A stretch of 64,000 nucleotides of DNA from the NCBI GenBank assembly GCA_964106645.2, contig OZ067039.1; one strand, 5' to 3'. Each line of letters begins with the position of its first letter. Positions within the stretch are counted from its first letter, which is position 1. The stretch comes from Podarcis pityusensis. Taxonomy: Eukaryota. Both the position numbers and the translations under genes were made by a program. The notes beneath the pieces are model-generated. The model worked only from the letters and a program-made list of their open reading frames with translations. It did no database searches and was not told the origin of the DNA. Positions 61,199 to 64,000 of the stretch are shown one piece after another.

Positions 61199-62267
61199 CA
61201 GAATGCCTTAAAAGGCAGAAATTGAACTTCAATTCCCCCCCAATATTTCTCATTAAAAGCTACAGTATCTAAGGAATACAGAGGAATGTTGATTATTTGG
61301 GCTTTTTCCATGATGTAAGTGAGAATGGTCTGTCTGGACTTTCTCTGCATGGGATCAGAATAAAACTCTCTCTTCTGCAACTTCAAAAAAGTTCTAATGT
61401 AGAATTCAAGAAAACAAACAGAAAGTAAAGTCAGCAAGGAGCTTTGATGCATCAAATAAACATTTCACTTAAGTGCTGGGTGAATATTAGTCTGGTTTAT
61501 CCCAGCTTTGCTACAAACTGTTGCTACTGTGATGACTGGGCAAAAGAATTTTCTTTTGCTTAAACAAGAAAGCATCTGCTGACACAATATAAAGAAGAGC
61601 TCTTCAAGCTTCTGTAGATGGGGAGATGAAAGATTCCTAAAGATACTGGGACAGTTATATGATCACCCTAAACACCCCTGGCATTTTCAAATGGGAATTA
61701 GCCCAAGAATTTAAATATGCACAGAAGAATCTTTAGTTCTCCAGCAACTGTTGTGGAAGAATATTAAGACATTCCATGTTCCAGAATGGAGGAACATCAC
61801 TTGTGCAACAAAATATAATATAGGCATAATCCTACATATCCACAGAACGTGCGACATAATTGCCACATTTCAAGCTTTAAAGATTCTATCATTTCAATGT
61901 AAATCAACCTCTTTCTCCACAATTTTAAATACTGTATGTAGTAATATGTTCTCTATTTCTCCATATCTTACTCCTAAGAGCATATATAGCTTGAAAAATA
62001 TGTTTTTAACAGCAATCCTGGCACAATGCAATTTCAAGTTGAATGGAGCTTTAATGATGCAAATGTTTTTAAAAGACCCATAACAAAATAACATACCATA
62101 TTTTTCACTCTATATTTTATAAATTCTACAACTTCCCCACAGCAAAGCGAGGAAAATAGATTTTTTACTACTAGGAACTGCTCATACCTAAATAAAAGTT
62201 TTATGTAACTTCCTGCTCATTATTAATATACCATGTTAGTTCTAGTAAAAAAACACACACACACATA

Positions 62268-62606
62268 GCGCTGTGGGTTAAACCACAGAGCCTAGGACTT
62301 GCCAATCAGAAAGTTGGCGGCTCGAATCCCTGCGACGGGGTGAGCTCCCGTTGCTCGGTCCCTACTCCTGCCAACCTAGCAGTTCGAAAGCACGTCAAAG
62401 TACAAGTAGATAAATAGGTACCGCTCTGGCGGGAATGTAAACAGCGTTTCCATGCGCTGCTCTGGTTCGCCAGAAGCGGCTTAGTCATGCTAGCCACATG
62501 ACCCAGAAGCTGTACGCCAGCTCCCTCGGCCAATAAAGTGAGATGAGCGCCGCAACCCCAGAGTCGGCCACGACTGGACCTAATGGTCAGGGGCCCCTTT
62601 ACCTTT
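62268..62606 (+). mobile_element. Sauria SINE, nearly full length
   Basis: GCGCTGTGGGTTAAACCACAGAG...GGACCTAATGGTCAGGGGCCCCTTTACCTTT. Many CpGs retained, suggesting a young copy. Confidence 0.93.
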
Positions 62607-63319
62607 TAAGTGGCTATTGGCAAGGAAGAAAACTGATGTGTATGTTACACCAAAACACTCAGACTCAGAGCAGAATCCAATTAAATACCAATGTGTACAA
62701 GTAATGAGCTTTTGTAATTGCAAAAGTGGTTCTGTGCAATTCCAATTGCACTCTGTAAAGTGTGGGAGCATGAGAAGACTCTGTGCTAGATAAGAGCACA
62801 GGTCCTTCATGAGTCAAGGATGTTAAACTCCCAGCTATTAACATTAATGTTTGTGTAGGTTGCTCTAGTCGAAAGCTTGCTTGATAAAGTTAAGCAGCTT
62901 AGCTTAGCAAAATGACAGAAGTAGCCTTAATAACCTCTTAACCTTTCTGCATGGCACAAAGCTGCTTCTCGTTGCTTTCCACATCAGAAGATGCGGAGCC
63001 CATCACCCTACTGAGTCTCTCTTATTTAACGGGTATAATCATCCTCCCTCCCACATGACAATAACATGTCTAGATCAACCTGACAAACAGTTTGCAGATC
63101 CTATGTTTTCAATGGCTGCAGAGATGCCTATCAGGTTGTCTGTGGCTCTTTCAGTTGGTGGACTTGAAGTTTCCATCAAGTCTGTACCTAGAATGGATTG
63201 TGATCTTGCTTTTTGGCTATTTTGTAAACTCTACAAACTGAGGCAAATAATGTAGAGCAAGGTGAAAATGAATTTGACCCTTTGGATAGTAGAAATACAG
63301 GTATGTGTTTTAAATATAT

Positions 63320-63443
63320 ATACATTTATATCTTGCCCTCTCTCCAGATGTTTTGGGTGACATGCATGGGCCTCCTCCAACCTTTAACCCCTCAGTGACC
63401 CTGTGAGGGAGGCTGGGCGGAGAGACAGTGACTAGCCCAAGGT
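63320..63443 (-). mobile_element. Older tRNA-derived SINE fragment
   Basis: ACCCTGTGAGGGAGGCTGGGCGGAGAGACAGTGACTAGCCCAAGGT core, same family as 28040-28206. Confidence 0.6.
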
Positions 63444-64000
63444 GCACATATTTCTGTGATGCATATAAGCATGGCTGCAGCTAGAGTTTTCAGACAAAAG
63501 CTTCTCTCTCTTGTCCCAGTATTTCATGCAGGGTTCTGAGGTCTGGTACATATTCCAGTGGGGCAGCTACTATACAGATGAATTGCTATACAGGTGAAAT
63601 TTCATCTCTGTAAAATCAAGTGCTTGACTGATAAAATAAGTAATTTATTTGGATGTCTAATCAAGTCCCTAAGATGAAAGAAGAATAGAAATAAACTGTA
63701 AAGTAGAAATAAAGCATCACTTTTTAACTCCAACGAGCAAAATTAAGCCCACTTTCATAGGTTTTGTAGGGCTGCAAAGAGAATTTCAGACTAGGGCTTT
63801 TATGCTCCTCATTATAGAAAGGGAACTTCATAATTGTGTTGTAGGACAGCCACAGTTCAGCAGCGTGCCTCCCAGGCTTTATAAGGCAGCCAAGTATACT
63901 AAATACGACATACGGTATAAGGAAGAGCAAGAGAGAGAAAAGGGAGACAGCTGAAGACACAAGCTCACAGGAGCTCTGAGCAGTAATTCAATACCGTTAA

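Larger units (their letters stand above)
29305..64000 (-). other. NEURL1B: Probable NEURL1B intron 1 (exon 1 and promoter outside the window)
   Basis: Exon 2 starts in phase 1 and needs an upstream exon. No MGNTVH-like exon or CpG-island promoter seen up to 64000. Confidence 0.75.

Overview
Vertebrate genomic DNA, very probably a lacertid lizard (inferred from the Sauria/Squam SINE subtypes). Two genes face each other tail-to-tail. On + are the last three coding exons of SH3PXD2B/Tks4 (460-509, 1906-2031, 3777-5315) and a probable ~5 kb 3'UTR. On - are coding exons 2-5 of NEURL1B (29304-28744, 24723-24016, 22384-22259, 20110-19866) and a probable ~4.6 kb 3'UTR. NEURL1B exon 1 was not found, so 29305-64000 is probably intron 1. 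The rest is intronic or intergenic DNA with SINEs, LINE fragments (L2, CR1, RTE), Penelope-type palindromes, MITEs and microsatellites. I found no evidence for a new multi-gene or enzymatic system. The best leads are: a CpG-undepleted, TTAA-bounded island at ~32.5-32.9 kb; inverted SINEs around a stop-free symmetric exon (circRNA candidate); a MITE hairpin extended by a perfect 22-bp inverted flank in the SH3PXD2B 3'UTR; decayed hammerhead-like motifs; and a gene orientation that differs from human as I recall it. Gene and repeat family names come from recalled sequences, not from searches.
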